Shown here: in pieces, positions 50,624 to 61,670 of the stretch
How the letters are laid out: every line of letters begins with the position of its first letter
Position numbering within the stretch: the stretch's first letter is position 1
DNA from: Guyparkeria sp.
Lineage (GTDB): Bacteria; Pseudomonadota; Gammaproteobacteria; Halothiobacillales; Halothiobacillaceae
Assembly (NCBI GenBank): GCA_046261775.1
Contig: JBHEOB010000002.1
Location: forward strand, 1,430-65,429
Reading direction: 5' to 3'
Length of the DNA: 64,000 bases
The notes under the pieces: generated by a model
The model's database searches: none
Told to the model about the DNA's origin: nothing
Seen by the model: the letters and a program-made list of their open reading frames with translations, nothing else
Made by a program: the position numbers and the translations under genes

Positions 50624-51358
50624 TCAATCGAGCTCGTTGGCGAAGAACTCCAGCGTCCTCGACCACGAGTCACGGTCGGCACTGGCATCGTAGGAAAGCG
50701 GCAGGCCGAATTTCTCGGCCTTCTCGTCGGCGCCCGGGTTGGTGAAGGCGTGGCTTACTCCAGGGTAGCGAGTGACATGCACCTCGGCACCCGCATCGCG
50801 CATCTCCTGGGCGACTCGCTCGACCTCCTGCGGGTCGGCCATCGGGTCATCTTCGCCGGTGAATATCCAGGTAGGGGTCTCGATCTGGCCGGCGATCGGT
50901 GCGACCCCGCCGGTGGCGGCATGGAAGGTGGCCAGCGCGTCGTGGCGGACACCCTGTCGGGCCATGCTCAGGCCCACCGCGCCGCCGAAGCAGTAACCGA
51001 TCGCCCCCAGCCGTTCGGCATCGACCGCGTCGTGGCGCTTGATCGCCTCGATTGCGAGCCGGTAGCGGGTCTTGAGCGCATCGAAATCCGCCAGAGCCTG
51101 ATTCATCAGCTCGGTGGCCTCACCCGCGTCTTCGGTGACCTTGCCGTCGCCGTAGAGGTCGATGGCGAAACCCACGTAACCGGCCTCGGCCATCTCGCGG
51201 GCGCGCCTTTCCATGTAGGCCGACCGTCCCCAGAATTCGGGCACCACCAGTACCGCTGGTCGGGGCCCCGCGGCATTGGCATTATAAGCGACCAGGCCCT
51301 TCAGGGTCAGGTCGTCGGAACGGTACTCGAGCTCCTCGGTCTTGATTTCTGCGGCCAT
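50624..51358 (-). CDS. Dienelactone hydrolase family protein, cytoplasmic
   Basis: PEFWG, GYCFGG, FHA, HAFTNP. AGGAG RBS precedes MAAEIKT. Confidence 0.88.
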   Translation of the reverse strand: MAAEIKTEELEYRSDDLTLKGLVAYNANAAGPRPAVLVVPEFWGRSAYMERRAREMAEAGYVGFAIDLYGDGKVTEDAGEATELMNQALADFDALKTRYRLAIEAIKRHDAVDAERLGAIGYCFGGAVGLSMARQGVRHDALATFHAATGGVAPIAGQIETPTWIFTGEDDPMADPQEVERVAQEMRDAGAEVHVTRYPGVSHAFTNPGADEKAEKFGLPLSYDASADRDSWSRTLEFFANELD

Positions 51359-51453
51359 TCGACTCTCCTTGGTTGGTGCGCGAGGGTGAGAGGCCCCGCC
51401 AGGATTGTCGCCACGGCGGGACATATCAGAAGTAGCAGCCCACCGGCCGAATT

Positions 51454-52155
51454 TCAGCCGACAGGCTCGGCGGCCGGCTCGCCGCTGCGTGCAGCGCGGG
51501 CGGCACGGGCCCGACGCGTCGAACGCTGGTCGATCGCCTGCTTGAAGGCCACCAGCAAGGCCAGCCCGATAAAGGCCCCCGGCGGCATCAACGCCAGAAG
51601 GAAGGTCATCTGTTCGGGCAGGATCCGAACGCCCCAATCGGCGGCGACCGCCCCGAACAGCTGATCGGCGCCATCCAGCAGGGTGCCGAAGCCGATCAGC
51701 TCGCGCATCGCACCCAGCGCGACGAGCACCAGACCGAATCCCACCCCCATCATCAGGCCGTCGAACAGCGACAGCCCGAACCCGTGACGCGAGGCAAAGC
51801 CCTCGGCGCGGGCGATGATGATGCAGTTGGTGACGATCAGCGGTATGAAGATGCCGAGCGTGTTGTATAGCTCGTGGAAGTGCGCGTTCATGATCAGCTC
51901 TATGATGGTGACCACCGAGGCGATCACCATCACGTAGACCGGCAGACGCACCTCGGCGCGGACCCAGTCGCGGATCAGGGAGACCACGCCGTTGGAGACC
52001 AGCAGGGTCACCAGCGTGGCGATCGCCAGCCCCAGCGCGTTGACCGTCGTATTAGAAATCGCGAGCAACGGGCACAGGCCGAGCACCTGCACCAGCGCGG
52101 GGTTGTTCTTCCACAACCCGTCGAGGGCCAATTCGGACAGACGCGGGTCACTCAT
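51454..52155 (-). CDS. rsxE: Rnf/Rsx electron transport complex subunit E
   Basis: NNPALVQ.LGLCPLLA, IPLIVTNC, PPGAF. Confidence 0.93.
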   Translation of the reverse strand: MSDPRLSELALDGLWKNNPALVQVLGLCPLLAISNTTVNALGLAIATLVTLLVSNGVVSLIRDWVRAEVRLPVYVMVIASVVTIIELIMNAHFHELYNTLGIFIPLIVTNCIIIARAEGFASRHGFGLSLFDGLMMGVGFGLVLVALGAMRELIGFGTLLDGADQLFGAVAADWGVRILPEQMTFLLALMPPGAFIGLALLVAFKQAIDQRSTRRARAARAARSGEPAAEPVG

Positions 52156-52885
52156 GCTCGTCTTCCTCTCCGCTTGTCATCGACGGCCTGTCGAACAGCA
52201 GGCGGTGGTGCCGATCGACATACTCCAGTGCGTTCCTGACCGCTTCGACCACCGCGCGGGGAGACACCGTCGCCCCGGTGAACTGGTCGAACACGCCGCC
52301 ATCCTTCTTCACCGCCCAGTCATCGGCCGGTGGATCACCCAGCTGGCGCCCGGTAAAAGCATGGATCCAGTTGGTCTTGTCTGCCTTTATCTTGTCGCCA
52401 AGCCCCGGGGTCTCGTTCTGCACGAGCACGCGCACGCCGGTGAGTTCGCCATCGGCTCTCACACCCACCAGCAAGCGGATGTCGCCACTGTAACCGCGGT
52501 GGGTAACCACCGGAATGGCCACCGCCACGACTTCGCCATCCTCGCGGGCCCCGAAACCCAGCTGGCCGGCGCTCATGGCGAGCTCACGCTGCTCGGCGGG
52601 CAACTGCGTCGGCAACACCTCGCCTTCGGTTGGACGAATCACCGGCTCGCCCAGGTTCAGTGCCTCGGGGTCGGGCAGCAAAAAGCCGTCCTCAGCCGGA
52701 TTGTTGTCGTGCATCTCGCCCTGCAGCACCGCCATGATCTGGCCCAACAACACGGCCTGACGGTTGAGTTCGATCTGGTCGGCAGTCTTCTGCTCGGTGT
52801 AGGCAACGAAACCCACGCCCAGGCCGAAGAATACCGCCAGCACCACCGCGGTGATCAGCACGCGACGCAGTTCGAGGTTGATCAC
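52148..52885 (-). CDS. rsxG: Rnf/Rsx subunit G (FMN-binding)
   Basis: GYSGDI, ETPGLGDKI, FDQFTGATVSP (FMN-Thr). GTG start at 52885 chosen. Confidence 0.92.
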   Translation of the reverse strand: MINLELRRVLITAVVLAVFFGLGVGFVAYTEQKTADQIELNRQAVLLGQIMAVLQGEMHDNNPAEDGFLLPDPEALNLGEPVIRPTEGEVLPTQLPAEQRELAMSAGQLGFGAREDGEVVAVAIPVVTHRGYSGDIRLLVGVRADGELTGVRVLVQNETPGLGDKIKADKTNWIHAFTGRQLGDPPADDWAVKKDGGVFDQFTGATVSPRAVVEAVRNALEYVDRHHRLLFDRPSMTSGEEDEHE

Positions 52886-52886
52886 G

Positions 52887-53936
52887 TTAGCGACTCTCCG
52901 TCCCGGCATCCACCCGGCCCTTGCGACCGAAGACCGGTGGCCGGGTGTAATAGTCGATCAACGGCACGGCCAGGTTCATCAACAGCACGGCGAAGGCCAC
53001 GCCGTCGGGGTAATTGCCGAAACTGCGAATCAGCACCGCCAACACGCCGATACCGAAGCCGAACACCAGCCGGCCCCGTGGGGTGGTCGAGGCGGTCACC
53101 GGATCGGTGGCCACGAACAGCGCACCGAAGATAACCCCGCCGGTGACCAGGTGAAACAGCGGATCGGCGAAACGATCCGGGTCGATGCCCCACAGCAACG
53201 CGGCGGTCAGCAGCACACCTGCCACCATCGCCACTGGAATGTGCCATCGGATCGCCCCGCGATAGAGCATCCAAGCGCCACCAGCAAGAAAGGCCAGGTT
53301 GAGCCAGACCGTCCAGGCGCCACCCTGCCAGATGGAGAGGGCGGCGCCTGAAAACTCGCCGCCCTGGGTGGCCACCATTCGCCACTGATCCAGCGGCGTG
53401 GCCTGGCTCAGGGCATCGAAGCCGGTCGCACCCGGCAGCACACCAAGGAAGGTCCATTGCGCGACTTCGGCAAACGTCAGGCTCGCCGCACCGCCTTCGA
53501 CCGGCGCGCCCCAGCGGGTCATCGCCTCGGGGAAGGAGACCAGCAGCACCACGTATCCGACCATCGCCGGGTTGAACAGGTTGTAGCCGATGCCGCCGTA
53601 GAGCTGCTTGGCGACCACCACCGCGAACACCGCGCCGAACACCGGCAGCCACCACGGGGCGAGATTGGGCAGGCATAGCGCGAGAATCCAGCCGGTGGTC
53701 AACACCGACCGATCGCTCAGGGCCGGCTGGAACGGGCGGGCCCGCAGCCACAGCATCAGGGCCTCGGCCAGCCAGGCCGCACCGACGGCCAGGGCCACGT
53801 TGAAAAGCACGCCCCAGCCCAACAACCAGATCGCCACGACGGTGCCGGGCACCAGCGCCCAGAGCACCACGGTCATCATGTCGGCTACGTCGGAACGTGC
53901 CTCGACATGCGGCGAGGTCTGGACCGGAAACTTCAT
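52887..53936 (-). CDS. rsxD: Rnf/Rsx subunit D
   Basis: KQLYGGIG.N.FNPAM, SQATPL (FMN-Thr), ATDPVT, YPDGVAFAVLLMN. Confidence 0.94.
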   Translation of the reverse strand: MKFPVQTSPHVEARSDVADMMTVVLWALVPGTVVAIWLLGWGVLFNVALAVGAAWLAEALMLWLRARPFQPALSDRSVLTTGWILALCLPNLAPWWLPVFGAVFAVVVAKQLYGGIGYNLFNPAMVGYVVLLVSFPEAMTRWGAPVEGGAASLTFAEVAQWTFLGVLPGATGFDALSQATPLDQWRMVATQGGEFSGAALSIWQGGAWTVWLNLAFLAGGAWMLYRGAIRWHIPVAMVAGVLLTAALLWGIDPDRFADPLFHLVTGGVIFGALFVATDPVTASTTPRGRLVFGFGIGVLAVLIRSFGNYPDGVAFAVLLMNLAVPLIDYYTRPPVFGRKGRVDAGTESR

Positions 53937-55795
53937 GACGCCCCCCCCGGCCGTTCGGTGGATTCGTCTGACGGGCGGTCGATCTTTCTCGTCTCTCCAC
54001 CGGCCGGCTCGCCCTGCTGAACGCGCGCCTTGCGTGCTTTCGCGCGCGCGCGGGCGGCCTCGATGCTCATAGCACCCGCGGCCTTGCCCGCGTCGGCCGC
54101 CTCCGGTACCTGTCCCGACCCGGCGCCATCGGCTTTAGCCGCACCGCTCGGGGTCTCGTCGACAGACTTGCTGGCTGCCTTCTCCTGGGTCTTCGCCTGC
54201 TGAGTCGTCCCTTGCTTGATCGATTTCCGCTCGGCGGCCTTCCCCGGATCAGGCTTTTCCTCGCCAGACTTCTCCTGGCCGGCCTTTCCCTGGGCAGTCT
54301 TTTCCTGGGCGGCCTTGATCGCAGCGCGTTTTTTCGCCAGTGCCGCTTCGCGCTCCGCCTTCTGCCGTTCGATGCGCTCGTTGTGGAACTCGAACCGGCG
54401 ACGCGCATGCTCGGCCTTCGCCTTCTCGCGTTCGGCTGACCAGATCTCGGTCTTGGCGTGACGAAAGTACTGCACCAGCGGAATGTGCGACGGGCAGACC
54501 GCCGAGCAGACACCGCATTCGATGCAGTCGAACAGGTGGTGATCCTGACTGCGCTCGAACTGCTCGGCGCGCGCGTACCAGTAGAGTTGCTGTGGCAGCA
54601 GGTCGGCGGGGCAGGCCTCGGCGCAACGCGAGCAGCGGATACAGGGCTGCGGCGTCGGAGTCGGATCGCGATCGGCCGGGCGCATCGCGAGCAGGCAGTT
54701 GTTCGCCTTGACCACCGGCACCTCATCCTCGTGCAGGGCAAACCCCATCATGGGACCGCCAGCCAGCAGCCGGTCGACCCCCTCGGTATAGCCGCCGGCC
54801 GCCTGGACAAGCTTGGCGACCGGCGTGCCGATACGTACCCGGAAATTGCGTGGCTCGGTCACCCCGCCCCCGGTGACGGTGACGACGCGCTCGGTGAGCG
54901 CACGCCCCTCGACCACCGCGTGCCAACTGTTGGCCACGGTACCCACATTCAGACAGAGCAACTGGTAATCCGTGGCGTGACGGCTCCGCGGCACCTCGAT
55001 GCCGGTAAGCGTGCGGATCAGCTGTTTCTCGCCACCCGCCGGGTAGATGCTCGGCACCACCTTGATCTCGAATCGGCTCTCGCCTTCCTCGTCGGCCAGT
55101 CGATCGATCACCGCCTGCAGGGCCTCGATCGCCCGCGGCTTGTTGTTCTCGATCCCGATCAGGCAACGCGAAGCACCGACCGCGTGCAGCATCATCTGCG
55201 CGCCGCGCAGGATCGGCTCGGGCACCTCCTGCATCAGGCGATCGTCACAGGAAATGAACGGCTCGCATTCGGCCCCGTTGAGCACGAGCGTTTCCACCCC
55301 ACCGGGATTGGCCGCGGCGAGCTTCACGGCCGTCGGGAACACCGCCCCGCCGAGGCCAACGATACCCGCCTCGCGCAGCCGTGCCCGAATCTCCACCGGG
55401 CTCTTGTTCCGGTAATCGGGCCAGGGCTCGAGCGGCTCGGCCTCGCGGTCCTCGCCGTCGGCGGCCAGCACGATGCTCTGCGCCGACAATCCCCCCGGGT
55501 GCGGCAGGGCTCGCGGCTCGATCGCCTGGATCATGCCCGAGGTGGGCGCGTGGATGGCCGCGGAAATGAAGTCGTCCGGACGCGCCAGCAGTTGGCCGCG
55601 GCGGACGTGGTCACCGACGGAGACCACCGGGATCGCCGGCGCACCGATATGCATGTGCAAGGGCAACACGTATTCGTCAACCAGCGGCATCTCCCGGATC
55701 GGAAGATCGCAGGCTGGCGCCTTGTGGTAATCGAGATCGATTCCGCCGTGAAACCCGAACAGCTCCGGCGAGATGCTGGCGCGTGATTCAGGCAT
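53933..55795 (-). CDS. rsxC: Rnf/Rsx subunit C
   Basis: [27 protein letters not shown], two CxxCxxCxxxCP motifs, Lys/Ala-rich tail. Confidence 0.94.
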   Translation of the reverse strand: MPESRASISPELFGFHGGIDLDYHKAPACDLPIREMPLVDEYVLPLHMHIGAPAIPVVSVGDHVRRGQLLARPDDFISAAIHAPTSGMIQAIEPRALPHPGGLSAQSIVLAADGEDREAEPLEPWPDYRNKSPVEIRARLREAGIVGLGGAVFPTAVKLAAANPGGVETLVLNGAECEPFISCDDRLMQEVPEPILRGAQMMLHAVGASRCLIGIENNKPRAIEALQAVIDRLADEEGESRFEIKVVPSIYPAGGEKQLIRTLTGIEVPRSRHATDYQLLCLNVGTVANSWHAVVEGRALTERVVTVTGGGVTEPRNFRVRIGTPVAKLVQAAGGYTEGVDRLLAGGPMMGFALHEDEVPVVKANNCLLAMRPADRDPTPTPQPCIRCSRCAEACPADLLPQQLYWYARAEQFERSQDHHLFDCIECGVCSAVCPSHIPLVQYFRHAKTEIWSAEREKAKAEHARRRFEFHNERIERQKAEREAALAKKRAAIKAAQEKTAQGKAGQEKSGEEKPDPGKAAERKSIKQGTTQQAKTQEKAASKSVDETPSGAAKADGAGSGQVPEAADAGKAAGAMSIEAARARAKARKARVQQGEPAGGETRKIDRPSDESTERPGGAS

Positions 55796-56378
55796 TGGCC
55801 AGGCCCTCGCTACGCGCCGCCGGTCCACGAGTGGGTACCGGGTGGGCGGATTCGGGCATCGGGAAACGGTAGGCCTCGACGCCCTCTTCGATCGGCACCA
55901 TGTCGATGCAGTCCACCGGACAAGGCTCGACGCACAGCTCGCAACCGGTGCATTCGTCCTCGATCACGGTGTGCATCTGCTTGGCCGCACCGAGGATGGC
56001 ATCCACCGGACAGGCCTGGATGCACTTGGTACAGCCGATGCACACCTCCTCGTCGATAATGGCAAGCTTCTTGACTTCCTGGACCTCGAGTTCGTCGTCG
56101 AGCGGTTTGAACTCGACGTCGAGCAGGTCGGAGAGGTTGCGGATAGTCGACTCGCCGCCCGGCGGGCAGCGGTTGATATCCGCCTCGCCCTGGGCCATTG
56201 CCTCGGCATACGGCTTGCAGCCGGGAAAGCCGCATTGCCCGCACTGGGTCTGCGGCAGCAGCTCGTCGATGCGCTCGGCGAGCGGGTTGCCTTCGACCCG
56301 GAAGAACTGTGCGGCCAGACCGAGCAGAACCCCGAACAGGATCGCCAGACCCACCGCCAGGAAGATTGCTTCCCACAT
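55788..56378 (-). CDS. rsxB: Rnf/Rsx subunit B
   Basis: [38 protein letters not shown]. Confidence 0.95.
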   Translation of the reverse strand: MWEAIFLAVGLAILFGVLLGLAAQFFRVEGNPLAERIDELLPQTQCGQCGFPGCKPYAEAMAQGEADINRCPPGGESTIRNLSDLLDVEFKPLDDELEVQEVKKLAIIDEEVCIGCTKCIQACPVDAILGAAKQMHTVIEDECTGCELCVEPCPVDCIDMVPIEEGVEAYRFPMPESAHPVPTRGPAARSEGLANA

Positions 56379-56965
56379 CAGACGCTCACCATGCCGGCAA
56401 AGCCCATGAAGCCCAGCGCCATCAGTCCGGCGGTCACCAGGGCGATCGGCACGCCCTCGAATGCCGCCGGCACGTCGGCCGCAGCCAGCCGCTCACGCAA
56501 GGCAGAGAAAAGGATCAGCACCATCGAGAAACCCACCGACGCACCAAAGCCGTACAGGGCCGACTCGATGAAACTGTTCGCCTCCTGCACGTTGAGCAAC
56601 GCCACACCGAGCACGGCGCAGTTGGTCGTGATCAGGGGCAGGTAGATACCCAGCACGTTGTGCAGCAACGGGCTGGTCTTGCGCACCATCATCTCGGTGA
56701 AGTTGACCACCACCGCGATCACGACAATGAACATGATCGTACGCAGGTAACCCAACCCCATCGGTTCGAGCAGCCACGCGTGCGTGACGTAGCTCGCGAT
56801 CGCCGAAAGCGTCAGCACGAAGGTGGTTGCCAGCGACATGCCGATGGCGGTCTCGACCTTGTTCGACACCCCGAGAAACGGGCACAAGCCGAGGAACTTC
56901 ACCAGCACGAAGTTGTTGACCAGGATGGTGCTGATCAGGATGAGGATGTATTCCGTCAAGGCCAC
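56378..56965 (-). CDS. rsxA: Rnf/Rsx subunit A
   Basis: [26 protein letters not shown]. Confidence 0.95.
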   Translation of the reverse strand: MALTEYILILISTILVNNFVLVKFLGLCPFLGVSNKVETAIGMSLATTFVLTLSAIASYVTHAWLLEPMGLGYLRTIMFIVVIAVVVNFTEMMVRKTSPLLHNVLGIYLPLITTNCAVLGVALLNVQEANSFIESALYGFGASVGFSMVLILFSALRERLAAADVPAAFEGVPIALVTAGLMALGFMGFAGMVSV

Positions 56966-57100
56966 CTACCGGAGTGATGCGAAAGCTCTGCGCACGGATG
57001 GTAGCAAGGAAGCACCGGCACCGACGAACCGATATGTTCAAGCATACCATTCGGCAATTTCAACTCCGGATACGCAAGCGGGCCGAGGGTGTGATCCCAA

Positions 57101-57814
57101 TCAGGAACCGACAACCGGCCACTCGAAGGTCGCATCGGCCTTTCTGAGCCGCTCGACCCAATCGGCGTGCGCATTGGCCGCCTCGGGCTCCGGGGCGATC
57201 ACGCGCAGCCGGGGCCGGTCGCTGCGGATGGTGCCCAGCGCCGCCTGCGCCCCGGTCGCCGTTTCGGCCGGGTTGTCGAAGGACAGATCCCACTGGCCGC
57301 CGGTCAGGACCAGATAGACATCGGCAAGGATCTCGGAGTCGAGCAGCGCGCCGTGCAGCGTGCGATCGGAGTTGTCGATCTGGTAGCGCCGGCACAGCGC
57401 ATCCAGGCTGTTTCGCTGCCCCGGGTGCTTGTGCCGGGCGATGGCCAGCGTATCGGTGACGATATCGACGTGCTCGGCCAGTGGCGAAAAGCCCGCGCGC
57501 TTGAGCTCGGCATCGAGAAAGCCGACATCGAACGCCGCGTTGTGGATGATCAGCTCCGCGCCACGGACGTAATCGAGGAATTCCTCGACCACCTCCGCAA
57601 AGCGCGGCTTATTCTCCAGGAAGTCGTTGGACAGCCCGTGAACGGCGAAGGCGCCGGCATCTACCACCCGTTCCGGGTTGAGATACTGGTGATAGTTGCG
57701 GTGCGTCAGGCGTCGCTCAACCAGCTCGACCGCGCCGATCTCGATCAGCCGGTGGCCTTCCTCGACCGGCATGCCAGTGGTCTCGGTATCCAGGATGATC
57801 TGTCGCAGGGTCAT
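57101..57814 (-). CDS. dnaQ: DNA polymerase III subunit epsilon
   Basis: RQIILDTETTG, IHNAAFD, SLDALC.RY, HGALLD, TGGQ. Confidence 0.95.
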   Translation of the reverse strand: MTLRQIILDTETTGMPVEEGHRLIEIGAVELVERRLTHRNYHQYLNPERVVDAGAFAVHGLSNDFLENKPRFAEVVEEFLDYVRGAELIIHNAAFDVGFLDAELKRAGFSPLAEHVDIVTDTLAIARHKHPGQRNSLDALCRRYQIDNSDRTLHGALLDSEILADVYLVLTGGQWDLSFDNPAETATGAQAALGTIRSDRPRLRVIAPEPEAANAHADWVERLRKADATFEWPVVGS

Positions 57815-58281
57815 GGCTTGTTCTCGCCTTGTGCTCGTTGATACTGGTTCAGCCAGCGTTCCAGCGCGCTGGCAAAGGCCTGCTTGTCCTTCGGGCCGAG
57901 CGGCGGCGGTCCGCCGGTGGCCACGCCGGATTCACGCAGCGTCTGCATGAACTCGCGCTGGACCTGACGGCCGCGAATCGATTCGTTGGAAAACGCCTCG
58001 CCACGCGGACCGATAACGGCCACGCCCTTGGCCAGCGCATCGGCAGCCAACTCGATGTCCGCGGAGATCACCAGATCACCCGCCGCAGCGGCCTCGACGA
58101 TGGCATTGTCGGCGACATCGAAGCCCGGTGCCACCTGCATGAAACTCACCCGCTTGGAGCGCGGCACGGCGATGGCGTGATTGGCCACCAGCACCACGTC
58201 CACGCCGACGCGGTCGGCGGCGCGGAAGAGCATCTGCTTGATGGGGACGGGGCAGGCGTCGGCGTCGACCCAGATGGTCAT
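57811..58281 (-). CDS. yaiI: YaiI/YqxD (UPF0178) family protein
   Basis: IWVDADACP, GFDVADN.I, DI.LA, PRG, GGPPP. Confidence 0.88.
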   Translation of the reverse strand: MTIWVDADACPVPIKQMLFRAADRVGVDVVLVANHAIAVPRSKRVSFMQVAPGFDVADNAIVEAAAAGDLVISADIELAADALAKGVAVIGPRGEAFSNESIRGRQVQREFMQTLRESGVATGGPPPLGPKDKQAFASALERWLNQYQRAQGENKP

Positions 58282-58312
58282 GTCGTTTTCCGTGATTTGA
58301 CGAGGTGGGAAG

Positions 58313-58531
58313 TTTCGCACGCCGGATGCCTGGTGCCGAACGGAGAACGAGCCAGACGGGGTGGAACTGTTTCACGCGCCAGTCGCGCGGAGAGGCACTG
58401 TTTGCTCCACGTGCGCGGCGCGCGACGGCCAATTGTGCCTCGCCAGCAGACCGGCGCGTGAAACCGGTCCCCGCCGCTCCACTTTGTACGAATCGCCACC
58501 CCGTTTCATCTCGCGCACTCGGCGTGCGAAA
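58313..58531. other. ~220 nt nested inverted-repeat (rod-like hairpin) element
   Basis: Four nested stems: 58313-24/58520-31, 58356-64/58496-504, 58369-84/58449-64, 58392-98/58435-41. Confidence 0.6.
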
Positions 58532-58559
58532 ACATCCGGAACCAACCTGCCGAGCAGGA

Positions 58560-61500
58560 TCAGGACGACACCTCGTCCCCCATCTCCCGCTCCAACCGCC
58601 GCGACACATCCCCCGGCGACCCGGTCCGTCGCGCGAGCAGATCATACGCGACCGGCACGACGAACAGGGTCAGCAACGTCGCCAGGGCCACTCCGGCAAA
58701 GATCACGGTCCCGATCACCAGGCGCGTCTCCGAACCGGCGCCGCTGGAGACGATCAGCGGGATCGAGCCGGCCATGGTGGTGACCGCCGTCATCAGGATC
58801 GGGCGCAGCCGTGTGATGGCCGCCTCCTCGAGCGCCTCGGCAAAGGCACGGCCCTGGTCACGCAACTGGTTGGCGAACTCGACGATCAGGATGCCGTTCT
58901 TCGCCGCCAGCCCGACCAGCATCACCAGCCCGACCTGACTGTAGATATTCAGCGACAGCCCGGTTAGGTGCAGCCCCAACAGCGCCCCGAGAATCGCCAG
59001 CGGCACGGTCAGCATGATCACGAACGGGTGGATCAGGCTCTCGAACTGCGCGGCCAGGACCAGGAACACCACCAGCACCCCGAGGACCAGCATGAACAAC
59101 GTCGCCCCACCGGCCTCGCGGTAGTCGCGCGACTGGCCCTTGACGTCGGTCTGGGCCTCGGGCGGCAGGATCTCGTCGACCGTTTCCTCGAGATAGGTCA
59201 ACGCCTCGCCCAGCGGATAGCCGTCGGCCAGATCCGCCTCGATGGTGATCGCGCGGATGCGGTTGAAGCGATTGAGGGTCGCCGGGCCGGCAAAATCGGT
59301 CAGGCTGACCAGGCTGCCCAGCGGGATCAGCTCGCCACTGGTCGCCGAGCGAACGTAGATATTGTCGATCGCCCGTGGGCTGCGCTGGTTCTCGCGCTCG
59401 CCTTCGAGGATTACGTCGTATTCCTCGCCGTCATCGACGTAGCGCGTCACCGTACGACCACCCAGCAGGGTCTCGAGCGTTCGGCCAATCTCGGTGACGG
59501 TCACCCCGAGATCCGCGGCGCGGTCATAATCGATATCGACCTTGAGCTGTGGCTGGGTCTCCTTGTAGTCGGAATCCAGCCCGGTCAGGCGCGGGTTGTC
59601 CTCGCGGATATGGGCAAACAGCGTGTCGCGCCACTGCGCCAGTTCCTCGTACTCGCCCCCGCCGAGCACGAATTGCACGGGTTTCTGCACCCGCTGGCCG
59701 AAGCCCTGACGCATCACCGGGAAGGCCCGCACGCCGGGCAAGTCGGCCACCAGAGTGCGCACCTCGTCCATGATCGCCCAGCCCGAGCGCCGGTTCGCCC
59801 AGTCATCCAGAATCACGATGCCGAAGCCCGAATTGAAGTTCTCGATGTTGCCCCAGCCGCGTGGCGCGCGGATCAGGGCCCGCTCGACCTCGCCCGACTC
59901 GATCAGCGGCCCGAGCCGGGCCTCGATCTCGTCCATGTAGTCGAGCATGAAATCGAAACTCGCTCCCTCCGGGCCGTTGACTACGATGAAGAACGCGCCG
60001 CGATCCTCGGACGGGGTGTATTCGCGCGGCAGCTGGTCGGCCAGCCAGACGGTACCGACCGCCGCACCGACAAACAGCAGCACCACCAGCCAGCGCAGGC
60101 GCAACGCCCCGCGCAACAGGATGCGATAACCGCGTCGGGTGGCATCCAGCAGCGATTGCACGGTCGCGGCCAGTCGCCCGGACTGCTCACGCGGCCCGAG
60201 GATCTTGGAGGCCATCATCGGCGTGAGCGTTAGCGCGAGGAAACTGGAGATGATCACCGCGGCGACGAGCGTGAGCGCGAACTCGGTGAACAGCCGGCCG
60301 ATATCGCCCTCGAGAAAGGTCAGCGGCACGAACACCGCCACCAGCACCAAGGTAGTGGCCACCACCGCAAACGCGATCTGGCGCGTACCGCGAAAGGCGG
60401 CGACCAATGGCGTCTCGCCGTATTCCTGGATGCGCCGGTTGATGTTTTCCAGCACCACGATGGCATCGTCGACGATCAGGCCGATCGCCAGCACCAGCGC
60501 CAGCAGCGTGAGCAGGTTGATGGTGAACCCGAACAGGTACAGCGCGGCGAAGGTGCCGACCAGCGCGATCGGCACGGTGATGGCCGGGATCAGGGTGCTG
60601 CGCAGGTTGCCCAGAAACAGGAAGATGGTCAGCACCACCAGCCCGATGGCGATGAACAACGTCGAGACCACTTGGCGCACCGCGTTCTCGACGAACACCG
60701 AGGTGTCATAACTGAGATTCAACGTCATGCCGTCGGGCAGCGTGTCGAGCAGTCGCTCGCGCTCGTCCTTCGCCCCGCGGGCGATCTCCAGCACGTTGGC
60801 GGTCGACTGCTTGATCATGCCGAGCCCGACGCGGGGCACGCCGTTCTCGCGGAAAATGCTGCGGGTCTCGACCGCGCCCACCTCGACGCGGGACACATCC
60901 GCCAGCCGCACCAGGTGACCACTCTCGCCGCGCTTGATCACCAGCTCGCGGAAGTCCGCCGCCGTCTCGAAACTGCGCGGCAGGCGGACGATGAACTGGC
61001 GTTCGCTCGATTCGATTGCACCAGCCGGCAGTTCGACGTTCTCGGCCCGCAGCGCGGACTCGATGTCGCCCACCGCCAGCCCGTGCGCGGCCAGCGCCTG
61101 TCGGTCCAGCCAGACGCGCATCGAGTAGGTCTGACTGCCGGAGACCCGCACACGGGCCACGCCGGGCAGCACGGAAAAGCGATCCACCAGGTAGCGCTCG
61201 GCGTAATCGGTCAGTTCGGCAATGGAATACTCCTCGCCGGACAGCCCCAGCCAAAGCACCACCTCGCTGGAGGAATCGGCCTTCTCCACCTCGGGCGGGT
61301 CGGCCTCCTCGGGCAGGTTGTCGAGTGCGCCGTTGATGCGATCGCGCATGTCGTTCGCCGCCGCGTCGAGATCGCGCGACAAGGCGAATTCCACGGTGAT
61401 CGACGAGCGGCCGTCCTCGCTCGAGGAAGTGATCATCTCGATCCCCTCGACCCCGGCGATGCGGTCCTCGAGCACTTGGGTGATGCGCGTCTCGACCACG

Positions 61501-61670
61501 GACGCCGAGGCACCGGGGTAACGGGTGTCGACACTGACCACCGGCGGGTCGATGTGCGGGTATTCCTGCAGCGGCAGGCGATCGAGCGCGATCAGGCCGA
61601 AGGCGACCAGCAAGGCCGAGAGCACGCCGGCCAGCACCGGCCGACGCACGGAGATATCGGAAAGAATCAC
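58560..61670 (-). CDS. RND efflux permease (AcrB/MexI-W-like)
   Basis: IGLIVDDAIVVLENI, GLAAKNGILIVEFA, RLRPILMT; 1036 aa. Confidence 0.95.
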   Translation of the reverse strand: MILSDISVRRPVLAGVLSALLVAFGLIALDRLPLQEYPHIDPPVVSVDTRYPGASASVVETRITQVLEDRIAGVEGIEMITSSSEDGRSSITVEFALSRDLDAAANDMRDRINGALDNLPEEADPPEVEKADSSSEVVLWLGLSGEEYSIAELTDYAERYLVDRFSVLPGVARVRVSGSQTYSMRVWLDRQALAAHGLAVGDIESALRAENVELPAGAIESSERQFIVRLPRSFETAADFRELVIKRGESGHLVRLADVSRVEVGAVETRSIFRENGVPRVGLGMIKQSTANVLEIARGAKDERERLLDTLPDGMTLNLSYDTSVFVENAVRQVVSTLFIAIGLVVLTIFLFLGNLRSTLIPAITVPIALVGTFAALYLFGFTINLLTLLALVLAIGLIVDDAIVVLENINRRIQEYGETPLVAAFRGTRQIAFAVVATTLVLVAVFVPLTFLEGDIGRLFTEFALTLVAAVIISSFLALTLTPMMASKILGPREQSGRLAATVQSLLDATRRGYRILLRGALRLRWLVVLLFVGAAVGTVWLADQLPREYTPSEDRGAFFIVVNGPEGASFDFMLDYMDEIEARLGPLIESGEVERALIRAPRGWGNIENFNSGFGIVILDDWANRRSGWAIMDEVRTLVADLPGVRAFPVMRQGFGQRVQKPVQFVLGGGEYEELAQWRDTLFAHIREDNPRLTGLDSDYKETQPQLKVDIDYDRAADLGVTVTEIGRTLETLLGGRTVTRYVDDGEEYDVILEGERENQRSPRAIDNIYVRSATSGELIPLGSLVSLTDFAGPATLNRFNRIRAITIEADLADGYPLGEALTYLEETVDEILPPEAQTDVKGQSRDYREAGGATLFMLVLGVLVVFLVLAAQFESLIHPFVIMLTVPLAILGALLGLHLTGLSLNIYSQVGLVMLVGLAAKNGILIVEFANQLRDQGRAFAEALEEAAITRLRPILMTAVTTMAGSIPLIVSSGAGSETRLVIGTVIFAGVALATLLTLFVVPVAYDLLARRTGSPGDVSRRLEREMGDEVSS

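Noticed and set aside
58313-58531. 6S RNA as identity of the long hairpin
   Set aside because: Not in the zapA-ygfA context and no recognisable 6S central-bulge motifs.
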